64,000 nucleotides of DNA, taken from the UHGV virus genome UHGV-0112180. One strand, written 5' to 3'. Under the pieces are notes generated by a model. It worked only from the letters and a program-made list of their open reading frames with translations, was not told the origin of the DNA and searched no databases. How positions within the stretch are numbered: the first letter of the stretch is position 1; each line of letters begins with the position of its first letter. This document shows positions 1-9,407 of this stretch, piece by piece. This DNA comes from a virus. The position numbers and the translations under genes were made by a program.

Positions 1-212
1 CTGCGGATGATTTCCTGTCGGTGATTAACCCGGAATCGCTGGTGATCAAACAGGGTTTTGCTGAACCGTCGCTGAAAGAAGCGGTAGCGGGTAAAGCATT
101 CCAGTTTGAGCGTGAAGGTTATTTCTGCCTCGACAGCCGCCATTCTACGGCGGAAAAACCGGTATTTAACCGCACCGTTGGGCTGCGTGATACCTGGGCG
201 AAGTTAGGTTAA
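1..212 (+). CDS. glnS: Glutaminyl-tRNA synthetase, C-terminal fragment (5' end lies outside the window)
   Basis: Translation ...[68 protein letters not shown] matches the remembered C-terminus of enterobacterial GlnS; followed by a hairpin terminator. Confidence 0.65.
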   Translation, partial: ADDFLSVINPESLVIKQGFAEPSLKEAVAGKAFQFEREGYFCLDSRHSTAEKPVFNRTVGLRDTWAKLG

Positions 213-235
213 TAGGTATTTCGCCACATAAAAAA

Positions 236-262
236 GAAAACGCCGCTACTGCGGCGTTTTTT
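236..262. terminator. Rho-independent terminator, bidirectional (glnS on + strand, methylase gene on - strand)
   Basis: AAAACGCCGC-AGTA-GCGGCGTTTTTT: GC-rich stem flanked by A-run and T-run between convergent genes. Confidence 0.55.
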
Positions 263-1166
263 ACTTCATTATTGCAATTATATCGTTAGCAACTACACGT
301 TTTGACGCCTTGCAGGACACCGACCGTCTGGCTGCCATATGATGTACTTTAAACCCGTTTCCTTCATATAGTTCACGGATGTTTGGCGCACCACTATTTG
401 TTATCACTACCTTAGCGCCGCGCTGGTGGGCTTCCACCAATAGAGATACCAGCCGTTTCTGTTCGTCGAAACGGAAGCTATTTCCTGAATAACTGGTAAA
501 CCCTTCTGTATCCGGCAGCGGTTCATACGGCGGATCGCAAAAAATCACATCGCCTTCACCAGCCGCCTCGATGACGCCAGCAAAGTCACCTGATACAAAG
601 GACGTGTTTTTGAGGACGTCATCAGCCAAAAATGCCTCCATCTCTGCATGTGGGAAGTAGGGCGCTTTGTATTTGCCATACCCCACGTTGAACTCGCCAT
701 TTTGGTTGTACCGCGTTACGCCATTAAAACAGTGCCGATTAAGGTACAAAAAGGCGGCAGCATGATGTAGCTGGTCATACTTTCCTCTGTTAAATGCCTC
801 ACGCACTTCGAGGTAAGCGTCAGCGTTGTTGTAATTTTGGAAAAAACTATATGACAGCGTGACGAGCGAATGTCCTTCTCGCTGCAATGTCTGATAGAAG
901 TTAATCAGGTCACCGTTAATATCATTAAGCAGGTTGTGGCAAAATCCTGCATTCGTAAATACGGAACCGCCACCAACGAATGGTTCTATTAACCGCTTAC
1001 CGTGTGGTAGATGCTCAAGCACTGTAGGCAATTCTGAGAATTTACCACCTACCCATTTGAATATCGGACGCTCATATTCATCCGGAGTCCGAATGGTGCG
1101 CATATAGCTAATTTCAGCCATCGTATCCTGTTTTTCTATGGCTATGCTTGCTATAGATTTACTCAT
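261..1166 (-). CDS. Dam-family DNA N6-adenine methyltransferase
   Basis: FKWVGGKF, EPFVGGGSVF (AdoMet motif) and FCDPPY (DPPY catalytic motif). Start moved to ATG at 1166, preceded by AAGGGGG ribosome-binding site. Confidence 0.85.
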   Translation of the reverse strand: MSKSIASIAIEKQDTMAEISYMRTIRTPDEYERPIFKWVGGKFSELPTVLEHLPHGKRLIEPFVGGGSVFTNAGFCHNLLNDINGDLINFYQTLQREGHSLVTLSYSFFQNYNNADAYLEVREAFNRGKYDQLHHAAAFLYLNRHCFNGVTRYNQNGEFNVGYGKYKAPYFPHAEMEAFLADDVLKNTSFVSGDFAGVIEAAGEGDVIFCDPPYEPLPDTEGFTSYSGNSFRFDEQKRLVSLLVEAHQRGAKVVITNSGAPNIRELYEGNGFKVHHMAARRSVSCKASKRVVANDIIAIMK

Positions 1167-1809
1167 AGAGCACCCCCTTATTCGCTTCGAAAACTGCCTT
1201 TGCGAATCCATGTGGAGTAGCACTTCGAAAATTAGCCCTGTCAGGCCCTGGTGGCGCGGCATGGATTCTGTTATCTGGCTTGCCTAATGATTCGTCCATT
1301 AGGGCATCAGGCATGACAAAGCCCTGGCCGCTCCAGAGGCATGTTTTTTTGGTGTAGTTATCTTCCTGACAATATGCAGTGAAGAAGTAAGGGTGAAAGA
1401 TGTGATCTGGCTTACGCCAGAATGTCGATATTTTGCTGACCGGATTTTCAATCATGTACGGACAACCGATCATCTTTGCAATGTCATAACACTGCCAGAC
1501 AACCTGCATTGCTTTGAACTGGAAAAACGGATCTTTGTCAGCCTTATGCGCAAACCAGCGCGCACCGGAAACAGCAAGGTCCGTGCACGGCGGAAAACCA
1601 GCTAAAAACACAATACGTTGTAAATTATTTCGGAGAAAAGCATAAACTTCATCACTATCGATAATCGCACTGATACGTGTCAGAACTGCGCCTGATTGCA
1701 TCAGCTCATCTCTGGTCTCTGCGTGTTGTGGATCGACGATAACAGCATCTATACCATGCTCCAGCCAGGGGGCGACCATTTTCCCCGTGAAATCACAAAG
1801 ACTCACCAT
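1159..1809 (-). CDS. C5-cytosine methyltransferase-like protein, short (possible split or degenerate part of a P1 dmt-like gene)
   Basis: GFPPCTDLAVSG resembles C5-MTase motif IV (PC), YMIENP resembles motif VI (ENV); no clear target-recognition domain or motifs IX/X. Overlaps the downstream Dam gene by 8 nt. Confidence 0.4.
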   Translation of the reverse strand: MVSLCDFTGKMVAPWLEHGIDAVIVDPQHAETRDELMQSGAVLTRISAIIDSDEVYAFLRNNLQRIVFLAGFPPCTDLAVSGARWFAHKADKDPFFQFKAMQVVWQCYDIAKMIGCPYMIENPVSKISTFWRKPDHIFHPYFFTAYCQEDNYTKKTCLWSGQGFVMPDALMDESLGKPDNRIHAAPPGPDRANFRSATPHGFAKAVFEANKGVLYE

Positions 1810-1822
1810 CAGAGGTCTATTG

Positions 1823-2728
1823 TTAACGTTCTGCTTCACCACCAACGGCCTCCACCAGCGAAGTGAACATCGCGGATAATTCAGCAGTAAACAGGATAAA
1901 GTCAGCGTCAAATCGTTGCGCAACATCCTCTCGATCAATATCGTCGTTCTGGTCGTACAATTCGTCGCTGAACGACAAAGCCTTGATACTCATATCGTCA
2001 TTCAGTCTGAAAAATGCACGGTCTTGCCAGTTAACCGCAACTGTGGTTGCAACCTTACCAGCTTCTATATGACTCATGATCTCGTCGGATAGCAGGTCCA
2101 CTTTTTTGCAGCGGACCGCGCCGCCATCATCAAGCAATGCTTTTAAGGTCGCTTCCTCACCGGCACGGAAACCGTTCGGGAAGCCATTTTTAATCCAGCC
2201 AGTGATGGTCAGTTCTAATGGGTCTTTCGGAGAGAAGGGGACAACGGGCAAGCTGCCAAGCGATTTCCGTAACAAAGCCAGCTGATCCTCTGCTTTTTTA
2301 GCACTGCTGGCCTCGACAAAAACCAGATGATTGCTTCGGTCTATCAGGATTTTAGCGACTGATTTTCTCGTGAAAGCACGAGGAAGCAGAGAGTGAAGCA
2401 CTTCATCCTTCAGCGAATCTTTTTCAGTCTTCTTCAGCTTTCTGTCTTGCTCTTCTTCAAGTGTCAGGATTTTTTTCTGTAACTCTTCTTTGAGCACTTG
2501 AGAGGGTAGGATTTTTTCCTCTCGTTTATGCTGTATCAGAAGAAAACCCTGGTATTCATGGGTGAGGTTGTCACCAAGAACGGAGGTCCAACCAGCTTTA
2601 GCCATATCCTGAGAACCGCATGGGGTAAACACAAACTTGCTAAGGGCTGCATTTACTTCTGCAGTATCCCAGCTAACTTCGCGTGAAAGACGATAGATGA
2701 AGATATTTTTGAAAGCGACTGATCTCAT
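1823..2728 (-). CDS. RdgC-like recombination-associated protein (P1 HrdC analogue)
   Basis: Near full-length similarity to E. coli RdgC from memory: [83 protein letters not shown]. Confidence 0.85.
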   Translation of the reverse strand: MRSVAFKNIFIYRLSREVSWDTAEVNAALSKFVFTPCGSQDMAKAGWTSVLGDNLTHEYQGFLLIQHKREEKILPSQVLKEELQKKILTLEEEQDRKLKKTEKDSLKDEVLHSLLPRAFTRKSVAKILIDRSNHLVFVEASSAKKAEDQLALLRKSLGSLPVVPFSPKDPLELTITGWIKNGFPNGFRAGEEATLKALLDDGGAVRCKKVDLLSDEIMSHIEAGKVATTVAVNWQDRAFFRLNDDMSIKALSFSDELYDQNDDIDREDVAQRFDADFILFTAELSAMFTSLVEAVGGEAER

Positions 2729-2735
2729 GTCTCAC

Positions 2736-2779
2736 CATTTGTGTTAGAAAATACATATTAATTATCTAACACAAATGGG
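2736..2779. repeat. Palindrome: 13-bp inverted repeats (CCATTTGTGTTAG / CTAACACAAATGG) separated by an AT-rich spacer
   Basis: Read directly; lies between the RdgC-like start and the upstream gene end; contains the recurring TTCTAACA motif. Confidence 0.4.
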
Positions 2780-2787
2780 TGCATTTT

Positions 2788-3441
2788 CTATCCTTTCTTG
2801 AAATCGAAGTTGCCAGCAGTGGCCTGAAAGGTTCCTCCTGCCTTGAAAGCTATGTCTCCGTTAGCGGTGACAGCTATATTTTCCCCATTAACATTGATGT
2901 TGTTGGCTGATTTGACGTTAACACTCCCTCCTGCATTCACGATTACATCAGCCGGACCAATGATATATATCTGCCCGGACTCATTCATGCCAATCCTTGA
3001 GCCTGCTGCCGTATTGGCAATTTCATAGCCGCCACCAGCAGTTCGTACTTCAAGAATATTGTTGCGGTGAATAACGAAGTCTTTCGTTGCTGAGATTTGG
3101 GGGCGGGGAGGTGCTCCATCTACTTCCGGCGGCGTCCAGCCGTTGCCTTTGCCAGATGCTTCTGGTGCAACGTTTGGAATTCCTCCCGGTGCATCCTGAG
3201 CGGCACCAACTATCATTGGGCGTCTGGTGTCTATTCGACCGTTAACATCTAAATAAGGAAACTCTACCCAGACCAGGTCACCTTTGACTGTAGGTACAAA
3301 AGCGTTCCCGATGGGTAACTGGTATTCCGCCCAGGGTAGATCGTCATCAGGAACGCCATTCCAGTCAGGTAAAACACGGACTTGAGCACGCATAAGCCCT
3401 GCCGGGTGCACAGTTCCAACAATTTGCGCTCTACGCTTCAT
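2788..3441 (-). CDS. Baseplate hub/spike protein (gpV-like N-terminal OB fold plus beta-helical repeats)
   Basis: N-terminal pattern GTVHP...RAQVRVLPDW...GDLVWVEFPYLDVNG typical of baseplate assembly protein V; C-terminal GGSVNVKSANNINVNGENIAVTANGDIAFKAGG repeats. Confidence 0.5.
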   Translation of the reverse strand: MKRRAQIVGTVHPAGLMRAQVRVLPDWNGVPDDDLPWAEYQLPIGNAFVPTVKGDLVWVEFPYLDVNGRIDTRRPMIVGAAQDAPGGIPNVAPEASGKGNGWTPPEVDGAPPRPQISATKDFVIHRNNILEVRTAGGGYEIANTAAGSRIGMNESGQIYIIGPADVIVNAGGSVNVKSANNINVNGENIAVTANGDIAFKAGGTFQATAGNFDFKKG

Positions 3442-4418
3442 TTGTTAGGCACTCCCAATATCATTCGTGTTGTGTAGCCTACGCGGTCCTCAAAGTGCGC
3501 AACATTTTTTACTATCAGCTTACGGGGCATTGATTCATCAATGCGGTTTTCCTGGTCATAGCGGTATACGATAATCTCTATTACCATCCCCGGTTTTATA
3601 TCAGGATTGCCTGCGACTTCTATATCCATTTTGGGGACGAGAGACAGCTGCATATTGCGAAGAGTTTCCATATCAGAGTCGGATATATAACGCACTGGGA
3701 GTGAGCTATCGCCATATTCGACGTAGCCATCGGTCATGGAATACCCAACAAAACGATATTGATTCTTTGCTGTTGTCGCATGTTCCTGTTGGAGTAGGCG
3801 CATTTTGGACAAAGTGTATTCTGCTTTAGGGTTATTCCCCTCGTAGGTAAATGATGGCGTTTGCTTCATCAGATCAGCCAGGGTATAAAAGTTAAATTCC
3901 CCCCGACATACCCAACACAATGCACCTTTGTCTCGCGCTATCTCCGAAAGCATTTTTGACGGTTTGTCACCGGCATTCAGATGATATGTAACTGCGCGTT
4001 TTAGCACGCTGCTGGTAATTTTAAGTTTGCCGGAATATGCCTTGAATATAGCGTCTGGTGTTTTGTTGGTATGTAAATTTGTGCGCGGGGAGGGGATCTT
4101 AAACCTGCGCACGTCTTCACTGACAGCAATAACGGTAACAACATCACCAGCCAGCATTGCAGACGTAACAAAGAAATCTGTTTTAAAAGTGCCTGCATTA
4201 CCGTTTGGATCGCCCATTTCAGCCACCAGCGATGCACCGTATTTGGCTTTCCAGTCATCAATTACGGTGCCGGTAGCGTCATGAATTTCCAGTTTTAGCA
4301 AAGGGGCTTTGAGGCTGGTTTTTTCTACATATACTGCGGTAAAAATCCAGTCTCGTGGCACTTTGTTATCGTTAATGAGCACTGACTGTAGAAAATATTG
4401 TTGTAACTCCTGGGCCAC
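3438..4418 (-). CDS. Hypothetical phage protein (tail/baseplate region)
   Basis: 326-aa ORF coupled to neighbours (4-nt overlaps); no recognisable motif. Confidence 0.35.
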   Translation of the reverse strand: MAQELQQYFLQSVLINDNKVPRDWIFTAVYVEKTSLKAPLLKLEIHDATGTVIDDWKAKYGASLVAEMGDPNGNAGTFKTDFFVTSAMLAGDVVTVIAVSEDVRRFKIPSPRTNLHTNKTPDAIFKAYSGKLKITSSVLKRAVTYHLNAGDKPSKMLSEIARDKGALCWVCRGEFNFYTLADLMKQTPSFTYEGNNPKAEYTLSKMRLLQQEHATTAKNQYRFVGYSMTDGYVEYGDSSLPVRYISDSDMETLRNMQLSLVPKMDIEVAGNPDIKPGMVIEIIVYRYDQENRIDESMPRKLIVKNVAHFEDRVGYTTRMILGVPNK

Positions 4419-4421
4419 TTA

Positions 4422-5189
4422 TCACCCCATAGATATCGAGGTTTCGGTAATAATACGTTTTGCGTCCAACTCCCATGCTGTGATCACGTCTGCAATCACA
4501 CTTATCGGCGCTTGTGTGGCATAAATACGCTCTTCTCCAATTGGTGCTGAAACATCCGTAAAGCCGACTTCTTTGGCATCCTGTATCGAGCAAATCAGCG
4601 GGACCGGGACACGAACAAGGTGAGTGGTTGCTTCAAATTGTGTACCTGTCATCAGGCGAAGCCGTGCGCCCAGCGAATTACACATCAGACTCATGGTCGC
4701 TTTATCAGTTGCCATTAACGTAACGTCATACGTCAGAATGGCCTGGGTGTATTCCAGTTCTGCTAAAGGCATTCCGGTATCCGGTTCGCAAAAACTGGCT
4801 ACTTTTTTGCGGTCAATCTGCTGATCATCGTTGATATAATTGATATCCATAGTGCGTGAGATATTGACCAGGGGGAGAGCATCCCGGTTAATGTTCTGGT
4901 TTTCAGGTTTTCTCCCTTGCCCGGCATTTGCGCGACGAACTGCTTTAAGAAACTCGATCGCATTGTCGAAACGGGCCACATAGACACGCTCTGCTGGTGG
5001 ACGATTCAGGAATGACGCAAAGCGTTTTTCTTCCGGCGCGGGGGCCACCAGTAAGATATCAGAAAAAATGTTGCTGATTAGCGTCGCAAACGCGTTATCC
5101 ACGTTTTCAAAGCCCGTGGTCTGGAATTTTCCTGTGCGTGAGGTTTGCCATTCACCTGTTCGCGCCAGGAGGGTTTTATTTGAAGTCAT
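4422..5189 (-). CDS. Hypothetical phage protein
   Basis: 255-aa ORF in same-strand operon; no recognisable motif. Confidence 0.35.
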   Translation of the reverse strand: MTSNKTLLARTGEWQTSRTGKFQTTGFENVDNAFATLISNIFSDILLVAPAPEEKRFASFLNRPPAERVYVARFDNAIEFLKAVRRANAGQGRKPENQNINRDALPLVNISRTMDINYINDDQQIDRKKVASFCEPDTGMPLAELEYTQAILTYDVTLMATDKATMSLMCNSLGARLRLMTGTQFEATTHLVRVPVPLICSIQDAKEVGFTDVSAPIGEERIYATQAPISVIADVITAWELDAKRIITETSISMG

Positions 5190-5989
5190 TCGATCACTCC
5201 GTTTTGAGTCGTATCAAAATTCCTGGCAGGTATGCAGTAGTAAAGCGAACCAACATGCTGTGTGCCGTAGCTAAAAATACGGTGCACGTACCACCAGCGG
5301 CGCGCTACGCCGTTTACCATCTCTTCATTCCATTCAAGAATTGAGCCGACGGGGACGTTATTTGCTGCAATACGCAGAATCAGAACATCATCGGTTAAGC
5401 CATCCTGCTCACCGTCTGCGTCAATCGCATGGAAAGAGTCACGCCCGTCAGGGTTATCCAGCACATAAACGATTTCAGGTTCCTGGTAAGTCAGTTCGCG
5501 TTGGTTGTTATCCAGTTCAGTGAATGACTCTTCTCCTGTTTCGTCGCTGACTACCCCATATGTGCCAACATCTGGTCGATATAAGAGAGCCTGAAACGCG
5601 TCTGGGCTGGATTCAATAATCAGCATCCAGTCTGCGCGGATTTGGTCGTTAAAGGCTTTATGCCCGTTATAGCGTGCTTTTAACTGTGGAGTCGGTTCTC
5701 TGCCAGCCAGGGAAGATGGAAGTATGGCTATATCTGATTCGCCAGCATCCGGAGTAAGGCCACCGTTGCTATCAGCAAAATTATCATGGCTATCAGCTTG
5801 GGCGGCGGGTTGCTCTTCCAGAATGCTGAATGAATCCGAACCGGTATTGCCATGTTCCGGCGCGCCTCCTGCATTCGCTTCAATCGGCGCTGGCGTTTCT
5901 CTCTGCGTGCTGTCATGTTCTGACTCCTTACTTGCCAGGTTTGCATCGTCAGCAAACCATTCGTCAAAACGGCCCATAAGCATCCTCAA
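5186..5989 (-). CDS. Hypothetical acidic phage protein
   Basis: 267-aa ORF overlapping the downstream gene by 4 nt; acidic low-complexity N-terminus. Confidence 0.35.
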   Translation of the reverse strand: MRMLMGRFDEWFADDANLASKESEHDSTQRETPAPIEANAGGAPEHGNTGSDSFSILEEQPAAQADSHDNFADSNGGLTPDAGESDIAILPSSLAGREPTPQLKARYNGHKAFNDQIRADWMLIIESSPDAFQALLYRPDVGTYGVVSDETGEESFTELDNNQRELTYQEPEIVYVLDNPDGRDSFHAIDADGEQDGLTDDVLILRIAANNVPVGSILEWNEEMVNGVARRWWYVHRIFSYGTQHVGSLYYCIPARNFDTTQNGVIE

Positions 5990-6139
5990 AGGTCGATCTG
6001 TCAGGTATCGAAAGGAAGATTTTCTGGAGATTGTGATTTTGGATGAAGGAGGGGGAATTCATAAAATGCACTTGCGCACAGTGCAACGGTGCGCTATAGT
6101 TATGGCATTCGGTAATCATCACGGAGGATCAAATGACTA

Positions 6140-6442
6140 ATGACCAAAAAAATTAACATAAAGGATTTCAGGGATGCGTGGCTTGATGATTTTTTTGAAT
6201 TTTCAACACCACATAGAAAGATACCTCCTGATATTCATATGACATTGTCACGGAAGTTGGACATTATCAATGCCGCAACTACCTGTAAGGATTTAAGATC
6301 ACCACCAGGTAATCGGTATGAGGAACTGTCAGGGAAGCTAAATGGCTATTCATCAGTAAGGGTGAATAAGCAATATAGGTTAATTTTTAAGTGGGTTAAC
6401 GGAAAGGCCGAGGACTTGTATCTCGACCCTCACAAATACTAA
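6140..6442 (+). CDS. higB: HigB-family toxin (plasmid maintenance killer protein, RelE/ParE superfamily)
   Basis: KDLRSPPGNRYEELSGKLNGYSSVRVNKQYRLIFKW matches the HigB signature; followed by an HTH antitoxin gene. Confidence 0.85.
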   Translation: MTKKINIKDFRDAWLDDFFEFSTPHRKIPPDIHMTLSRKLDIINAATTCKDLRSPPGNRYEELSGKLNGYSSVRVNKQYRLIFKWVNGKAEDLYLDPHKY

Positions 6443-6512
6443 AACAGATACCCGGTTACGGACCGGGTTCTGACCAGAGTCCACTTAATACGCACGCTAG
6501 TAAGGGCAAAAA

Positions 6513-6851
6513 ATGAAACAGGCAACCAGAAAACCGACGACCGTAGGTGATATCCTGCTGTACGAATACCTGGAGCCGTTAGAGCTGAAGATCAACGAGT
6601 TAGCAGAAATACTTCATGTTCATCGTAACACCGTAAGTGCTCTTGTTAATAACAATCGTAAGCTAACGATGGATATGGCATATCGCCTGGCAAAAGCATT
6701 CGATACTTCTGTAGATTTTTGGATTAATCTTCAGACCGCAGTAGATCTGTGGGAAGTCGAAAATGATATGCGCGTTCAGGAAGAGTTAAGTCGTATCAAT
6801 ACTGCTGAAAAATTTATTTCTCAGCGGAACCTGAATAAAAAAGCAGCCTGA
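6513..6851 (+). CDS. higA: HigA antitoxin (Xre-type HTH)
   Basis: TVGDILLYEYLEPLELKINELAEILHVHRNTVSALVNNNRKLTMDMAYRLAKAFDTSVDFWINLQ is a typical HigA HTH. Confidence 0.85.
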   Translation: MKQATRKPTTVGDILLYEYLEPLELKINELAEILHVHRNTVSALVNNNRKLTMDMAYRLAKAFDTSVDFWINLQTAVDLWEVENDMRVQEELSRINTAEKFISQRNLNKKAA

Positions 6852-6870
6852 TATAGTAAAACACATACAA

Positions 6871-6900
6871 AAAGCCCACTTAGCAAGTGGGCTTTCCTTT
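6871..6900 (+). terminator. Rho-independent terminator after higA
   Basis: AAAGCCCACTT-AGCA-AGTGGGCTTT followed by CCTTTG. Confidence 0.55.
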
Positions 6901-6907
6901 GTAATTA

Positions 6908-7108
6908 ATGAACATTAAACCTATCCGTACAGAACAAGATTATGAGGCCGCACTGCGTGCGGTCGAACCGATGTTCGATAACGAACCGGAAATGAATACT
7001 CCGGAAGGTGATTTCTTTGAGGTTATGAGTCTTCTCATTGAGGAGTACGAGAAGAAACATTACCCAATTCAACCACCATCACCTGTTGAATCTTTTAACT
7101 ATCCATAA
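6908..7108 (+). CDS. Orphan antitoxin-like fragment: resembles the N-terminal (non-HTH) domain of two-domain HigA-type antitoxins; HTH half absent
   Basis: MNIKPIRTEQDYEAALRAVEPMFDNEPEMNTPEGDFFEVMSLLIEEYEKKHYPI then stop; the expected HTH is missing. Possibly a truncated gene. Confidence 0.4.
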   Translation: MNIKPIRTEQDYEAALRAVEPMFDNEPEMNTPEGDFFEVMSLLIEEYEKKHYPIQPPSPVESFNYP

Positions 7109-7129
7109 TAAAAGTAATCAGGATAAGCT

Positions 7130-7858
7130 ATGATGTCAGAAAAAGTTAAAGATAATCCGTCTATAAATGAAACAGAACTAAAATCATTTTCTGAAATAAT
7201 AAAAGATAAAATATTTAACAAGGTTTTTGCATATGTTGTCATTTCTTTTCTAATTTTTAACTGGAAGGATATTTTAATTATATTAAAGTCAAAGGACGAC
7301 ATCCTATATACATTATCTATTGTTTCTGTTGGTGGTAATGTCCCGTTCATTGATAATTGGATTGTATCCCCGTGGGTTTATCACGTTGTAATCCCATTTA
7401 TTTATGGAGTATTTGCATCTGTGTTAGCTCCTGTTCTCACACTGAAGATATCTAAGCTAACAAGTAAATTATACACTGAAATAAGATATTTAGATGAAGT
7501 TGCTGATTATGATAAAAGAATAGAATTGCAAAGAAAGAAAACAAAGTTAAATCAAGCAACCAATGACGCTAAATATTCAAAACAAATCTTAGATGAAAAT
7601 GAAAATAAACTTAATGACTTGGTTGCGAAACAGCGAGAAATTTGTGGCGCGATAAAACTATTGCATACTGATGTTGGCAGTATTATTGAACTATATAAAA
7701 ATAAGGGGGTTAGCATTGAATCTCCGCAAGATTTATGTGATTTTATAGTCGCTATAAAAAGCACATCATTCTATAATGATGACAAGCATTTTAATAAATT
7801 GGTGTCTGATATTTCCAGTTTGTTTGATAATACTGGAATTGATCTTTCAAAAAAATGA
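7130..7858 (+). CDS. AT-rich membrane protein of unknown function (hydrophobic segments plus coiled-coil C-terminus)
   Basis: Hydrophobic stretches VFAYVVISFLIFNW and VYHVVIPFIYGVFASVLAPVLTL; K/N/I-rich composition; much lower GC than flanking structural genes. Confidence 0.5.
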   Translation: MMSEKVKDNPSINETELKSFSEIIKDKIFNKVFAYVVISFLIFNWKDILIILKSKDDILYTLSIVSVGGNVPFIDNWIVSPWVYHVVIPFIYGVFASVLAPVLTLKISKLTSKLYTEIRYLDEVADYDKRIELQRKKTKLNQATNDAKYSKQILDENENKLNDLVAKQREICGAIKLLHTDVGSIIELYKNKGVSIESPQDLCDFIVAIKSTSFYNDDKHFNKLVSDISSLFDNTGIDLSKK

Positions 7859-7864
7859 AAGCCC

Positions 7865-7904
7865 AGCATAAACTACTAGGCTATGTGTGGTTTATGCTTT
7901 TTTT
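7865..7904. terminator. Stem-loop terminator between convergent genes
   Basis: AGCATAAAC...GTTTATGCT followed by TTTTTT; overlaps the last codons of the minus-strand gene. Confidence 0.45.
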
Positions 7905-9085
7905 ACATACTCCATGAACATTTTTTCAGCTTGTGCTGGTGGTGTTCCAGCCATGACAAGCGCATCAATGAACGCCTGCTTCTTCAGTGCGAACTGATCG
8001 GCAAGGCGTTGCTGAAGCTCCTTGTTTTTCTGTTTCTCACGTTGCAAGGCCGCTTCTTTTGCTGCCGCCCGTTTTTTCTGTGCATCTGACAACTTTCTGG
8101 CCTTGGTCAATTGGTCACGTAGTTTGTCGATCTTGCCGTTGTCCTTTGCCAGTTTTGTACTTAAAGCTGCCTGGCGCTTCTGATAGAGCCTCCATTCGCG
8201 TTTGGCGGCTTCAACGTTCGTTTTACTGCTACGATTGCGATTAAACTCCTTCTCGTCTTCTTTTGAGAAGTGTTTGGTTGTACGGCGGCGATCGTCACCA
8301 AATGCAATTTGCGTTGCAGCCTTTTGTAGCGCACGAGCAATACTCATTTGCCAACTGGCGGACTGTAACCGCGTCATTGAGTGGATCACGTGTTTACAGG
8401 CGACGCCTTGCAGCTTCGGGTTGCGAACTTTTGGATAGGCGTATTCTTTTGGCGGTGCCAGGGCAAAGTTACCCGCAGTGGCGATGTAACGATACCAGTA
8501 TTGATGACGACCACAGTCACAATCGAAAGACACTCGCCCGGCGCACAGTGATTTAGTGATTTTGAGAGCTGATTTATCGTCTTCTGCGATGTCATCAACC
8601 ATCTGATCCCATTCTTCAAAGCGTATCCGGACGATATGGTGCTGGTGGACGGATATATCCGATGCTTCTACGCGGATATTAATCACATTGTGGCGAAGAG
8701 ATACGGGTGTAGCTCTTTTGATACCAGATCCGTCATCCACGGCGTTATTTGCACGCTTAATATCGATTGCCTGGCTGGATGCCACCAGCTGGGCGTATGT
8801 GATGCCAGCCGTCTTGCTGTCATATTTTTCGCGCGTTTTACTCCGTAGCTTTTCGAAACCTTTCAGGTCGTCTCGCGTGAAGAACGTGCCGCCTTTTTTC
8901 TTCCCTAACTTGAGAATATCTTCGGCGGATTTGTTCCTCAGTCTACCTGGCGTCAGCGTCCGGTGAGCTTGTCGGCGCTTACGGGTTTGTTCTTTCCTGA
9001 TAAGGTCGAATAAACGCGTGAAGTCCTTAGAGGACAGGCCGTCAGTGATATAGCGCCCGTCCTGGTTTTTCAGGAAATCAGGCAT
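7892..9085 (-). CDS. SWIM-type zinc-finger protein with K/R/E-rich coiled-coil C-terminus
   Basis: CDCGRH-x(35)-CKH matches the CxC...CxH SWIM pattern; C-terminal KKRAAAKEAALQREKQKNKELQQRL tail. Confidence 0.45.
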   Translation of the reverse strand: MPDFLKNQDGRYITDGLSSKDFTRLFDLIRKEQTRKRRQAHRTLTPGRLRNKSAEDILKLGKKKGGTFFTRDDLKGFEKLRSKTREKYDSKTAGITYAQLVASSQAIDIKRANNAVDDGSGIKRATPVSLRHNVINIRVEASDISVHQHHIVRIRFEEWDQMVDDIAEDDKSALKITKSLCAGRVSFDCDCGRHQYWYRYIATAGNFALAPPKEYAYPKVRNPKLQGVACKHVIHSMTRLQSASWQMSIARALQKAATQIAFGDDRRRTTKHFSKEDEKEFNRNRSSKTNVEAAKREWRLYQKRQAALSTKLAKDNGKIDKLRDQLTKARKLSDAQKKRAAAKEAALQREKQKNKELQQRLADQFALKKQAFIDALVMAGTPPAQAEKMFMEYVKKA

Positions 9086-9407
9086 TTTCTATCTCCGGTT
9101 CCGCGCTTGCGTAATCACGGATCTTGTTCCTCAGCCATGCCACATCAGGAAGAGTTAACGTGGTCCCTGCGGGCATTTCTTCCATTTCTGACTCATGGCC
9201 CACCAGCACCCGGAATACCCAGCGCAAATCTGCATTGCCATACGCCCTGTAGGCTGCAAGGTCTGAACGATATACTTCATCAATCTTTATCGTGTACTGG
9301 AAATTATCAGAGTGATACTCCGATACCCGCTTAATCATTTCCTGGTGAAACAGCGCACGAAAAATATCGTCTTCAATGTACCTATCGTCGAGTCTGCTAT
9401 AGCCCAT
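9078..9407 (-). CDS. Hypothetical protein
   Basis: 109-aa ORF overlapping the downstream gene start by 8 nt. Confidence 0.35.
   Translation of the reverse strand: MGYSRLDDRYIEDDIFRALFHQEMIKRVSEYHSDNFQYTIKIDEVYRSDLAAYRAYGNADLRWVFRVLVGHESEMEEMPAGTTLTLPDVAWLRNKIRDYASAEPEIENA

Noticed and set aside
1-260. Integration at a tRNA gene as the explanation for the glnS junction
   Set aside because: No tRNA gene or direct-repeat att pair is visible at the left end; the tRNAs in the window are internal to the phage.
4001-4284. Overlapping small ORFs 4001..4261 (-) and 4027..4284 (+) inside the 3438..4418 gene
   Set aside because: Fully contained within a longer coupled ORF; translations are low-complexity.
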